NCBI GenBank assembly: GCA_022571865.1
Contig: JACZXA010000101.1
Coordinates: 1 to 17,057 of the forward strand
Direction of reading: 5' to 3'
Length of the DNA stretch: 17,057 nucleotides
From: Pseudomonadota bacterium
GTDB lineage: Bacteria > Pseudomonadota > Gammaproteobacteria > Pseudomonadales > Azotimanducaceae
This document shows positions 6,402 to 14,501 of this stretch, piece by piece. A program made the position numbers and the translations under genes. Below the pieces are notes generated by a model. The model was not told the DNA's origin. It made no database searches and saw nothing but the letters and a program-made list of their open reading frames with translations. Within the stretch, counting starts at the first letter, position 1. Every line of letters begins with the position of its first letter.

Positions 6402-7532
6402 ATGAAATCACCGATCTGCGATCTTCTGGGGATCGACTTCCCGCTCCTGGCGTTTACTCACTGCCGGGACGTCGTTGTCGAGGTATCTAAATCCGGCGGA
6501 ATGGGCGTGCTGGGCGCAGCCGGTCACAACGCCGAATCGCTGGAGATCGAACTCAACTGGATTGACGAGCACATTGACGGCATGCCTTACGGCGTCGACC
6601 TGATTGCCCCGACGAGCATGGCCATTACCGACGACGACACTTCTCCGGAAGAAATCCTGGCGATGGTGCCGGATGAACATCGCCAGTTCGCTACCAACAT
6701 CCTTGCCCAGCACCAGATCGATACGGCAGGTGTGTATGATGCCCAGACCGGACGGGGTGGTGGCTTTCTAACGCCGGGACGGGCAACCAACATCATCGAT
6801 GTTACTTTTGCGCATCCGATCAAACTCATCGCCAATGCGCTGGGTGTTCCGCCGCGATACATGCTCGATATGGGCAAGGCAAACGGCGTTGTCGTCGCCG
6901 CGCTGGTCGGCGCAAAGGAACACGCCGCCAAACAGGTAGACGCGGGTGTGGACGTGCTGGTGGTGGCGGGTACCGAGGCAGGCGGGCACTGCGGAGAGGT
7001 GTCCACTCTGGTGCTGGTGCCCGAAGTCTGTGACGCGGTGAAAAGCTCCAATGTCCCCGTGCTCGCGGCAGGTGGCATCGTGACCGGTCGCCAGATGGCC
7101 GCGTGTATGGCCATGGGTGCGGCGGGTGCCTGGACCGGTTCGATGTGGCTGACCACCACCGAAGCCGAAACTTCTCCGATTATCAAAGAAAAATACCTTC
7201 AGGCGAGTTCCCGGCAGACGGTTCGCTCCAAAGCACGGACGGGTAAATATTCGCGCCAACTCCGCTCTCCATGGACAGATGCCTGGGAATCCGGAGAGGC
7301 ACCAGAGCCACTACCTATGCCGCTGCAGTCACTGGTGAGTGAAGCGCCACTGGCCAAAATCACCAAGCTTGCGGAAGGCGGGCACCCGGGCGCCAAACGA
7401 CTCGCCACCTCTTTCGTGGGCCAGGGCGTCGGGCTGATGAACAGCATCCAGTCGACGCGCACCGTCATGCGCGAGTTCATGGAAGATTATCTGCTTGCGG
7501 TCGAACGGCTGAGCACAACGCTCGAGGAGTGA
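6402..7532 (+). CDS. Nitronate monooxygenase (NMO, 2-nitropropane dioxygenase-like) family FMN-dependent oxidoreductase.
   Basis: FPLLAF...GGMGVLGAAG N-terminus and VVAGTEAGGHCGEVST...PVLAAGGIVTGRQMAACMAMGAAGAWTGS, both typical of the NMO TIM-barrel. Start at MKSPICDLLGIDFPL with GGAGG 8-9 nt upstream; the track ORF begins 13 codons earlier. Confidence 0.85.
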   Translation: MKSPICDLLGIDFPLLAFTHCRDVVVEVSKSGGMGVLGAAGHNAESLEIELNWIDEHIDGMPYGVDLIAPTSMAITDDDTSPEEILAMVPDEHRQFATNILAQHQIDTAGVYDAQTGRGGGFLTPGRATNIIDVTFAHPIKLIANALGVPPRYMLDMGKANGVVVAALVGAKEHAAKQVDAGVDVLVVAGTEAGGHCGEVSTLVLVPEVCDAVKSSNVPVLAAGGIVTGRQMAACMAMGAAGAWTGSMWLTTTEAETSPIIKEKYLQASSRQTVRSKARTGKYSRQLRSPWTDAWESGEAPEPLPMPLQSLVSEAPLAKITKLAEGGHPGAKRLATSFVGQGVGLMNSIQSTRTVMREFMEDYLLAVERLSTTLEE

Positions 7533-7546
7533 GGGTCACCCCTCAC
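7529..7546 (+). terminator. Hairpin GTGAGGG-tcac-CCCTCAC overlapping the NMO stop codon.
   Basis: 7-bp GC-rich stem with a 4-nt loop. The following A-rich stretch is not a clean U-tract. Confidence 0.3.
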
Positions 7547-7623
7547 AAACCCTGACTAACGCGCGATCCTTGCCGAAGGAAGATGGTGTATGCCATTTCA
7601 TTACCGCAGCCAACGCCCATGAT

Positions 7624-7639
7624 GGAAGCCTTGGCTTCC
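7624..7639 (-). terminator. Hairpin GGAAGCC-tt-GGCTTCC 8 nt downstream of the acyl-CoA dehydrogenase stop.
   Basis: 7-bp perfect inverted repeat with a 2-nt spacer, immediately 3' of the minus-strand ACAD gene. No U-tract. Confidence 0.3.
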
Positions 7640-7647
7640 TCCAAGGG

Positions 7648-8895
7648 CTACCAGAGACCGTACTTCTGCACTTCGGCGCGACCGACCACCATGTGATGTA
7701 CCTCATCCGGACCATCGGCAAAACGCAGGTGGCGCAGGTCCGTATACATGGCAGCGAGGGGCGTCCACTGTGATATACCGACTGCGCCATGCATCTGGAT
7801 AGCCTGATCGATGATCAAACACACCTTCTCAGGGACCATTGCCTTCACCGCACTGACATAGATCCTCGCTTCCTTGTTGCCGAGCACGTCCATGGCCTTG
7901 GCGGCTTGCAATACGGACAGCTTCATAGCGTTAATTTCTATTCTCGCCCGGGAAACGATCTCGAGATTTTTACCGAGCTTGACGATCGGCTTGCCGAAAG
8001 CGATTCGGGTGCTGGCTCGTTTCACCATGAGTTCCAGCGCTTTTTCCGCCTTGCCGATAGATCTCATGCAGTGATGAATCCTCCCGGGGCCAAGCCGGAC
8101 TTGAGAAATTTCAAAGCCACGACCTTCGCCCAGCAGCAGGTTGTCTTTCGGTACTCGTACGTTGTTGAACCTGATGTGCATATGCCCACGCGGCGCATGG
8201 TCTTGTCCAAATACCTGCATACCTTCGAGCATTTCGACCCCGGGGGCATCGGTTGGGACAAGAATCTGCGATTGCTGCTTGCTCGGAGCCGCATCGGGGC
8301 TGGTTTTCACCATGGTGATCATGATCTTGCAGCGGGGGTCTCCGGCGCCTGAAATATAGAACTTCTCTCCGTTGATCACCCACTCATCGCCTTCGAGCAC
8401 GGCACTCGTGCTGATATTTTTTGCATCGGATGAAGCCAGGTTGGGTTCTGTCATAGCGTAAGCCGAGCGAATCTCCCCAGCCAGCAAAGGCTTCAACCAT
8501 TGTTCTTTCTGGGCTTCGGTACCGACGCGTTCCAACACTTCCATGTTGCCGGTGTCGGGTGCGCTGCAATTCAGAGTTTCCGATGCGAGCGCAAATTTAC
8601 CCAACTCAACCGCAATGTATGCATAGTCCAGATTGGTCAGCCCCTCTCCAATCTCGGAGTCCGGGAGAAAGAAATTCCACAATCCGGATTCTTTGGCTTT
8701 CGCCTTCGCGCCATCGAGCAGTTCAAGCTGACGCGGGTGCCAGGACCACCGGTCTTCCTTGCCCTTCTCGAGGGCGAAGAATTCTTCGGTGATTGGTTCG
8801 ACGTTTTCCGTGATGTGTTTCTTGACCGCGGCCAGGAGAGGCTGGGCCTCGTCTGACATCGCGAGGTTGAATAGATCACTATCTGCATCGGACAT
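7648..8895 (-). CDS. Acyl-CoA dehydrogenase, FadE2 / ACAD10-ACAD11 C-terminal type.
   Basis: GLWNFFLP, NCSAPDTGNMEVLERVGTEAQKEQWLKPLLAGEIRSAYAMTEP, RFNNVRVPKDNLLLGEGRGFEISQVRLGPGRIHHCMRSIG, and the C-terminal LRFADGPDEVHHMVVGRAE are characteristic of the ACAD10/11-like subfamily. GGAG SD 7 nt before the ATG. Confidence 0.9.
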   Translation of the reverse strand: MSDADSDLFNLAMSDEAQPLLAAVKKHITENVEPITEEFFALEKGKEDRWSWHPRQLELLDGAKAKAKESGLWNFFLPDSEIGEGLTNLDYAYIAVELGKFALASETLNCSAPDTGNMEVLERVGTEAQKEQWLKPLLAGEIRSAYAMTEPNLASSDAKNISTSAVLEGDEWVINGEKFYISGAGDPRCKIMITMVKTSPDAAPSKQQSQILVPTDAPGVEMLEGMQVFGQDHAPRGHMHIRFNNVRVPKDNLLLGEGRGFEISQVRLGPGRIHHCMRSIGKAEKALELMVKRASTRIAFGKPIVKLGKNLEIVSRARIEINAMKLSVLQAAKAMDVLGNKEARIYVSAVKAMVPEKVCLIIDQAIQMHGAVGISQWTPLAAMYTDLRHLRFADGPDEVHHMVVGRAEVQKYGLW

Positions 8896-9290
8896 TCTCT
8901 TGCTCCAGTTGTTTTGTCACCCAATGACGAAAATTGAAATTTACCCGGTCGATGATAACGGCAATCGGGTCGCAGCACCGTTCACAACCTGCCCACTAGC
9001 CTGGATTATTCATCAACAAGCTACTGTGGTCGCCGATAGCAACAAAACGTCGGGCCTCGCAGGCGGGCGTGCTCCTTCCGGTCGTGCCAGTTCTCGTCAA
9101 CGACGTCGATTCTTGCCATCCGCCGTACCCGCGTCGCTACCATGCATCGGTATTCAGGTCGAAACGCGCGGCGGGTCGTTCGAAATGAACAATCCGCTCC
9201 TGAGAATATTCGCTGATCATCTTCAGACTCGTCACCTCAGAACCGGAAGTTCAGCCTTCTTCAGCGATGGTATGGGAATGGACACATAAG

Positions 9291-10535
9291 CTATTCGCCG
9301 AGGTATTCAGCATAACTTTCCCAATCGAGCGCAGCCAGTTGTTTGGCGTTCTGGCTGTATTTCCAATCGAAATCCTGCTCGAATTCATCGGGCCGGGACA
9401 TCGACAGCTCACCCACGTGAACCTTCGGCTTGTCGGGATCGATCGCGTTGCCGTCGACCATGCCGAGCCCGTAATACGGCTTGAAGCCAATGAGACCTTT
9501 CAGCTTCGCAGACATGTTGTCGAGAATTTGATCGGACACACAGGCGAGTTGGTTTTCCTGTTGGCGCATCATGCCTCGCGCGTACAACATGCGCGAGGCC
9601 AACCGGGTACCGGGCGCCGTGCGTGCACCGCCCGAATGCAGTAAGCGGCTGTCGGTGATGGCGCATGTTCCCGCAGGTGCGGTGAGCGCCATGAGTCGGT
9701 CTTGTGCCAACTGTTCATACTCCACACCTTCCCGGATGCAGTTACGCCCCGACGCTTCCCTATGGGAACCGGGAACGAGGTAGGTGCCACCCTCCTGGAG
9801 GCTGAAGTCGGTATATAGCCAGATAAGCAGGCCGTAAAGTGGATATGGCGGGTGGGGCAGCGGCACGAAGCCCTGATCCTGATGTAATTCCTGGCGACCG
9901 CCATTCTGGTGAACGATGGAGCCGTGTGCAGTACCCAGGTAATAACCCCGCCCCAGAATCTTTTCCATCAGCGACTCGACCAACGGCCCTTCGCTGGCGG
10001 CACACGCCTCAAAAGCGATGAGGTCGCGAAACACCTGACCTTTCGGCAGCAGGTTGAAAACCAGTTGGGCATTACCACGATGGCTCAAATGAGCCACCTT
10101 TGCGGCGCGTTCGGCAGCGGCCTGATCGAGCAGCCGATCAATCTGCGCCCGGATCTGTTCTTCGGACATGGCATCGGCCACGAGGCAGTACCCCCAGCGA
10201 ATGAAATCCGCCTGAAGCTGCGCTTCATCGCGCGTTGGCTGTGGCAACTCCGGAAAATCGATGGTCGGGCGGATTTTTTCGCGCTGTTTGGTTATGCCCC
10301 CAAGGCGGGCGCCCGAATAAGGCAGTTCATCGTAGGTAATCTCGGTCGGCCACTCATCACCCGAGCCTTCCGAGGGCTCGGGTGACTGCTCCTGTTCGAG
10401 CAGCAGCGTTTTCAGCCGGACGTTCTCGGCTTTGAGCTCGGCAATCTCCTCCGCGGCCGAAAGCGTGGGTGCCGTTGTTACGCCGGCTTCCGCGCGTGCA
10501 GGGGATATGTGCTTGGACTGTTCATCCTGAGCCAT
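9291..10535 (-). CDS. Phytanoyl-CoA dioxygenase (PhyH) family Fe(II)/2-oxoglutarate-dependent oxygenase with an acidic/coiled-coil N-terminal extension of about 105 aa.
   Basis: PhyH-type facial-triad context ELHQDQGF ... YLVPGSHR, with a fold start at FIRWGYCLV. Start chosen at MAQDEQ (ATG at 10535-10533) with the GGGAGG SD 7 nt upstream. The track ORF begins 9 codons earlier without an SD. Confidence 0.8.
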   Translation of the reverse strand: MAQDEQSKHISPARAEAGVTTAPTLSAAEEIAELKAENVRLKTLLLEQEQSPEPSEGSGDEWPTEITYDELPYSGARLGGITKQREKIRPTIDFPELPQPTRDEAQLQADFIRWGYCLVADAMSEEQIRAQIDRLLDQAAAERAAKVAHLSHRGNAQLVFNLLPKGQVFRDLIAFEACAASEGPLVESLMEKILGRGYYLGTAHGSIVHQNGGRQELHQDQGFVPLPHPPYPLYGLLIWLYTDFSLQEGGTYLVPGSHREASGRNCIREGVEYEQLAQDRLMALTAPAGTCAITDSRLLHSGGARTAPGTRLASRMLYARGMMRQQENQLACVSDQILDNMSAKLKGLIGFKPYYGLGMVDGNAIDPDKPKVHVGELSMSRPDEFEQDFDWKYSQNAKQLAALDWESYAEYLGE

Positions 10536-10604
10536 CGAATTGCCTCCCGGTACCGTTGACACTCACCCGCCCACGGTATGCGTGCCTTCCAACAGACATT
10601 CTAG

Positions 10605-12245
10605 CTACCCCTGATGTCTGAGAACCTGACCCGCTCTAACACCCGTATGCACGCCATCCAGCACATTGATCTGGCCATTGACGATGGTGGCTTTGTATCC
10701 AGTCGAACGCTGGATGTAGCGCGGCGCACCGCCGGGAAAGTCGTGTACCAACTCGGGTTGACGTTCAGCCACACGCTCGAAGTCGAAGACGTTGATGTCG
10801 GCCCGCATGCCTTCCTTCAGCGTGCCACGATCGCTCAGGCCGAGAACGCGGGCGGGTCCGGAGGTCAAACGACGAATACCCTCGCCCATCGTATACAGGC
10901 CCCTTTCACGCATCCAGTACGACAGGACGAAACTGCACCAACCCGCGTCCATGATCTGCGAGACGTGTGCTCCGGCGTCGCCGAGGCTCGGGTAAATGTT
11001 TTTGCTCTGGATGAGATCACCGAGTTCCGTGAGGCTCTGATTGAACATTCGCAAATTGAATAAAACCTTGCCATTACTTTCGCGCGATACCCGCAGGAAC
11101 ATCTCGACAAAATGCTCGCCTTGAGCCTTACTCAGTGCATAAACGTTGTTTTCGGCCGGTAGTGTGTAATCGGGCTTTTTGCCGTTCCCCAGAGAGAAAA
11201 CCAGCTTCAGATCGAAGCGCAATTCGGCCGATTTTCCTTCCTCGGCCAGCTTGGCTGCCGTTTGCTCGTCATTGATCGCACTGAGGCGACCGGCCAGGTC
11301 GAGCTTCCTGATTGCGTCCCAGGTTTCACCGGGAAACGGCAGCGCGGACTGCAATCCGAACATGAAACCGGAGCCCCGCACCTGGGTAATCGCGGTGACG
11401 TCGCGCCCCTCGCATAACTCGTCGAGCCGCTCGGCCGCGGCACGCCCCATCCCCTTGTCGGGGCCTGTGCCATAACTGAACAAGATACGGCCTCGAGTCG
11501 TGTCGGACATCGCCTTCAGCACTTCAAAGTCCGCCCCAACGGCTTGCATCAACGCGTTACGCGGTGCAACGGCCTTGGCGATCTCGACCAACTCCTGGGG
11601 ATCGGCAAAGGTGCCTGGAATAGAGCGACCATCGGGCAACTTATGCGGCGCATACCGGTTGGTGGAAAATCCCACCGCACCTGCGTCGATCGCCTTACCC
11701 ACAATCTCCGCCATCTGTCGTCTTTCGGCGTCTGTGGACTGTTCCTCCACCGCACGCTCGCCCATCACGTAATAACGCACGGCACAGTGACCCACCAGGC
11801 CGGTCAGGTTGATGCCGGGCTGTAACTCATCGAGCGCATCGAGGTAGCCGCCGTAGTGTTCCCAGGTCCAGGGCAGACCGGTCAGGATGGCGTGTTTCGG
11901 AATATCCTCAACCGTCTCCATCATGCCTGCGAGCAATTCCTGATCGGTTGGTTTGCACGGTGCAAACGTCACCCCGCAATTGCCCATCAGAGCGGTGGTC
12001 ACACCATGCCAACTGACTGGGGTCAAGGCAGGATCCCAGCCGATCTGGGCATCCAGATGGGTATGCAGATCGATAAAACCGGGGCTCACCATATGGTCCT
12101 CGGCGTTGATCTCCTGTTTACCTTTGCCGGTAATTTTGCCAACGGCCGTAATCAGGCCGTCGTCGATGGCGATGTCGCCCGGAATCGGCTCGGCACCCGT
12201 ACCGTCGACAATTTTTCCGCCTCGAATCACTATGTCATGAGCCAT
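10605..12245 (-). CDS. N-acyl-D-amino-acid deacylase (D-aminoacylase) family amidohydrolase.
   Basis: The N-terminus DIVIRGGKIVDGTGAEP...DIAIDDGLITAVGKI...VSPGFIDLHTHLD is the hallmark of the D-aminoacylase / amidohydrolase-3 family. Length is about 546 aa. Confidence 0.85.
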   Translation of the reverse strand: MAHDIVIRGGKIVDGTGAEPIPGDIAIDDGLITAVGKITGKGKQEINAEDHMVSPGFIDLHTHLDAQIGWDPALTPVSWHGVTTALMGNCGVTFAPCKPTDQELLAGMMETVEDIPKHAILTGLPWTWEHYGGYLDALDELQPGINLTGLVGHCAVRYYVMGERAVEEQSTDAERRQMAEIVGKAIDAGAVGFSTNRYAPHKLPDGRSIPGTFADPQELVEIAKAVAPRNALMQAVGADFEVLKAMSDTTRGRILFSYGTGPDKGMGRAAAERLDELCEGRDVTAITQVRGSGFMFGLQSALPFPGETWDAIRKLDLAGRLSAINDEQTAAKLAEEGKSAELRFDLKLVFSLGNGKKPDYTLPAENNVYALSKAQGEHFVEMFLRVSRESNGKVLFNLRMFNQSLTELGDLIQSKNIYPSLGDAGAHVSQIMDAGWCSFVLSYWMRERGLYTMGEGIRRLTSGPARVLGLSDRGTLKEGMRADINVFDFERVAERQPELVHDFPGGAPRYIQRSTGYKATIVNGQINVLDGVHTGVRAGQVLRHQG

Positions 12246-12293
12246 TTAATTACCCCGTTTGATATGGTGCTTTTTTGCCGTAAAGCGAATCAG

Positions 12294-12308
12294 GTTCCAG
12301 ATTGGAAC
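12294..12308. promoter_or_regulatory. Palindrome GTTCCA-gat-TGGAAC, 49-63 bp upstream of the amidohydrolase start.
   Basis: 6-bp perfect inverted arms with a 3-nt spacer in the divergent intergenic region. Confidence 0.3.
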
Positions 12309-12348
12309 GATCCGTGCCAGTCGAACCGCTCCTCAACGCGTTACAACG

Positions 12349-12372
12349 TGACGTCATCCTGACATGATGTCA
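12349..12372. promoter_or_regulatory. Two adjacent palindromes: TGACGTCA (12349-12356) and TGACAT-g-ATGTCA (12360-12372).
   Basis: Perfect 8-bp and 13-bp palindromes 3 bp apart in the roughly 380-500 bp divergent intergenic region between the amidohydrolase and the hypothetical gene. Confidence 0.3.
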
Positions 12373-12628
12373 AATACGATTTCCCATCATCTTCATGAGA
12401 AATTCGAATGGCGCAATGACAGCGACAGCCCCTAGCAGGGGATGAGAGCGAACAGGCGAAGCAACACAGATCTGAAGCGAATGCGTTATGTTATTCTGTT
12501 GGCACGAGCAGCATTTCCTTCCATAGGGTCCAGAAAAATCCGGATGATCGACGCCGCTTCAACCATTATTGACGCTGAGCCATCCTGACCAGCAGAATTG
12601 GCAGTTGATGATTGCTCCGGAAAATACC

Positions 12629-13432
12629 ATGTCGATACCCGCCCCTCTTGTACTGCCCCCCAATACGATCCGGGCCTGCCTTATTCCGGGTGCACAAATC
12701 AATGTGAAAGAGGCAATCAAACCTTGCTCGCCTCGACGAGCGTGGATGAGCGATACCCCAAAAAAATACATATACCGGTGCATCCCAATAGCCGCCGCTA
12801 ATACCATGGGTTGGGAGTTATTCAATCCGATCGATGCAGACATCCTCTGGAATGGTGCGGATATGAACACCGACATAACGGTGTCAGTCCAGAAACCGGA
12901 TCGGTTCGGTCCAACATCACATTTTGGCTGCGGTACGGTTACCTGGTATTTGCCTTTCCTCTTTCGGACCTCACCAGATTTGGGGCTTATCGCCACGGGG
13001 CCTGCCAACCAGGGGCGTGATGACGCCGTTGCGCTGGAAGCATTCATCCGAACTGACTGGCTGCCGTTTCCGTTTACGATGAGTTGGCGTTTGACGCGTA
13101 AGAACGAAACCATTCATTTTGCCAAGGGTGAACCTATCTGTCGGATCCTGCCTTTTCCCATTGCCTTGCTGGACGAGACCAAACTTGAAATCACCGAGTT
13201 GAAGGACGATCCCGGTTTCCTGGGAGAGGTAAATGCCTGGGGCCAGAACCGCCAGGCGAACGTAGCGAAACAACAAGCCGACGCCGCGCACTGGGTTGAG
13301 ACGGGAGAGAAGCCGACAGGTGAAGGCGTTTGGAACGAACAATACGTTGCCGCAAAGGGCCAAGCGGCTGAGGGATTTCAACCCCATCAAACTGTCTTTT
13401 CCTGCAATCCGGCAATTGATAAAAGGCAATGA
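12629..13432 (+). CDS. Hypothetical Trp/Phe-rich protein of unknown function. The start is uncertain: alternatives are 12569, 12629 and 12746.
   Basis: Long ORF with protein-like composition (TVTWYLPFLFRTSPDLGLIATGPANQGRDDAVALEAFIRTDWLPFPFTMSWRL). The antisense ORFs overlapping it are low-complexity. There is no convincing SD at any candidate start. Confidence 0.55.
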   Translation: MSIPAPLVLPPNTIRACLIPGAQINVKEAIKPCSPRRAWMSDTPKKYIYRCIPIAAANTMGWELFNPIDADILWNGADMNTDITVSVQKPDRFGPTSHFGCGTVTWYLPFLFRTSPDLGLIATGPANQGRDDAVALEAFIRTDWLPFPFTMSWRLTRKNETIHFAKGEPICRILPFPIALLDETKLEITELKDDPGFLGEVNAWGQNRQANVAKQQADAAHWVETGEKPTGEGVWNEQYVAAKGQAAEGFQPHQTVFSCNPAIDKRQ

Positions 13433-13505
13433 GAGCGTGACGAAGTCATGATGACCGATGATCCTAATTATGCCTTCGCCGTTTAGGTTGGACCTCACGC
13501 GACGT

Positions 13506-14501
13506 ATGACATACAGACCTACAACCCGGTTTATCCTCGCGTGGGCACTTGGATTCCTGCTGTTCGCGGTCGCGCTGGGTGCAACGACCAGCACCCCCAA
13601 CGTCATCTCCCTGGCCTCGGTGAGCGCGGTCACCGCCGATGTCGAAACGGGCGAACTCCTGGTTGCAAAACATGCCGACGCCGTCATGTCGATTGCATCG
13701 ATTACCAAATTGATGACCGCTATGGTGGTGCTGGATTCTGGCGCTTCTCTCAATGAGTGGTTGCCTATTGGTGGCTGGGAATCAAAACTCGGCAAGAACG
13801 CCTATTCTCGAATCCGCATCACTTCGCAGGCCAGAAGAACCGATCTGCTGCGCATCGCACTGATGTCTTCTGAAAACCGGGCAGCGTACAACCTCGGACT
13901 CAATCATCCAGGAGGAATCGGTGCGTTCATAACCGCGATGAATGCCAAGGCGAAATCTCTCGGCATGACCCGGTCAAACTTTGTCGATCCAATGGGGTTA
14001 TCACCAGACAACCGCTCTACGGCACGCGATCTCGCGCGCATGGTGACCGCCGCACATCGGTATCCGGAAATTCGTGATTACTCAACCACTCGCCAATACA
14101 CGGTTCGTTTTCGTGCCCCCCGCTACCAGCTCGGCTATGGCAATACCAACCCCTTGACCCGAAGCAGCCGCTGGAACGTTCTGCTCAGTAAAACAGGCTA
14201 TCTCAAGGAATCGGGTCGCTGCCTGGTGATGGTCACCGAAGCAGATGGACAGGTGGTCGCTATGGTCATGCTCAATTCTCTTGGCACTCGGTCCCCCCTC
14301 GGTGACGCAGGAAGAATGCGGCGATATCTCGAAACCGGCGCCCGGGGCAACGTGGCTAAAGCGGCAAGGGACTACGAACGGAAAATGATACGAAGCTACG
14401 GTCTGGAAACGTCTTTGGAGAAATCTCTGGAAACGTCTTCAAAGACGTCTTTGAAGAAGCCTGCAAAGGCGTTTACCAAAGGGCAAAACCTGCGTGGCTG
14501 A
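13506..14501 (+). CDS. pbpG: D-alanyl-D-alanine endopeptidase (PBP7/PbpG-like, S11 peptidase) with a signal peptide and a repetitive charged C-terminal tail.
   Basis: SxxK motif SIASITKLMTAMVV, SxN motif MSSENRAAY, KTG motif LLSKTGY. Signal-peptide-like TTRFILAWALGFLLFAVALGA. The track ORF starts at 13458; MTYRPTTRF at 13506 gives a typical signal peptide. Confidence 0.85.
   Translation: MTYRPTTRFILAWALGFLLFAVALGATTSTPNVISLASVSAVTADVETGELLVAKHADAVMSIASITKLMTAMVVLDSGASLNEWLPIGGWESKLGKNAYSRIRITSQARRTDLLRIALMSSENRAAYNLGLNHPGGIGAFITAMNAKAKSLGMTRSNFVDPMGLSPDNRSTARDLARMVTAAHRYPEIRDYSTTRQYTVRFRAPRYQLGYGNTNPLTRSSRWNVLLSKTGYLKESGRCLVMVTEADGQVVAMVMLNSLGTRSPLGDAGRMRRYLETGARGNVAKAARDYERKMIRSYGLETSLEKSLETSSKTSLKKPAKAFTKGQNLRG
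14436..14457. other. 22-bp perfect palindrome TCTTCAAAGACGTCTTTGAAGA inside the PbpG tail-coding region, about 40 bp upstream of the overlapping GMC start.
   Basis: The sequence is its own reverse complement. It is preceded by two 24-bp-spaced copies of CTGGAAACGTCTT (14403-14415 and 14427-14439), which encode the LETSLEKS/LETSSKTS repeats. Confidence 0.6.

Noticed and set aside
6587-7259. Minus-strand ORFs of 199 and 163 aa.
   Set aside because: They are antisense shadows inside the strongly supported nitronate monooxygenase gene. Their composition is Ala/Thr/Pro/Arg-rich.
8759-9289. 176-aa plus-strand ORF.
   Set aside because: It begins antisense inside the ACAD gene. Its intergenic portion is Arg/Ser/Pro-rich, typical of GC-rich noncoding frames, and it has no RBS.
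9909-10385. 158-aa plus-strand ORF.
   Set aside because: It is antisense within the PhyH-family gene, which has clear catalytic motifs.
12971-13795. 274-aa minus-strand ORF.
   Set aside because: It is antisense to the well-supported pbpG N-terminus and to the hypothetical gene. Its composition is low-complexity and basic.
3556-14440. The shared 12-mer CTGGAAACGTCT in the ankyrin repeat array (3556-3567) and twice in the pbpG tail (14403, 14427), as a possible dispersed repeat family.
   Set aside because: There are only three short occurrences, in different frames and on different coding strands. Chance recurrence of a 12-mer within repetitive codon patterns is plausible. It would need a genome-wide count.
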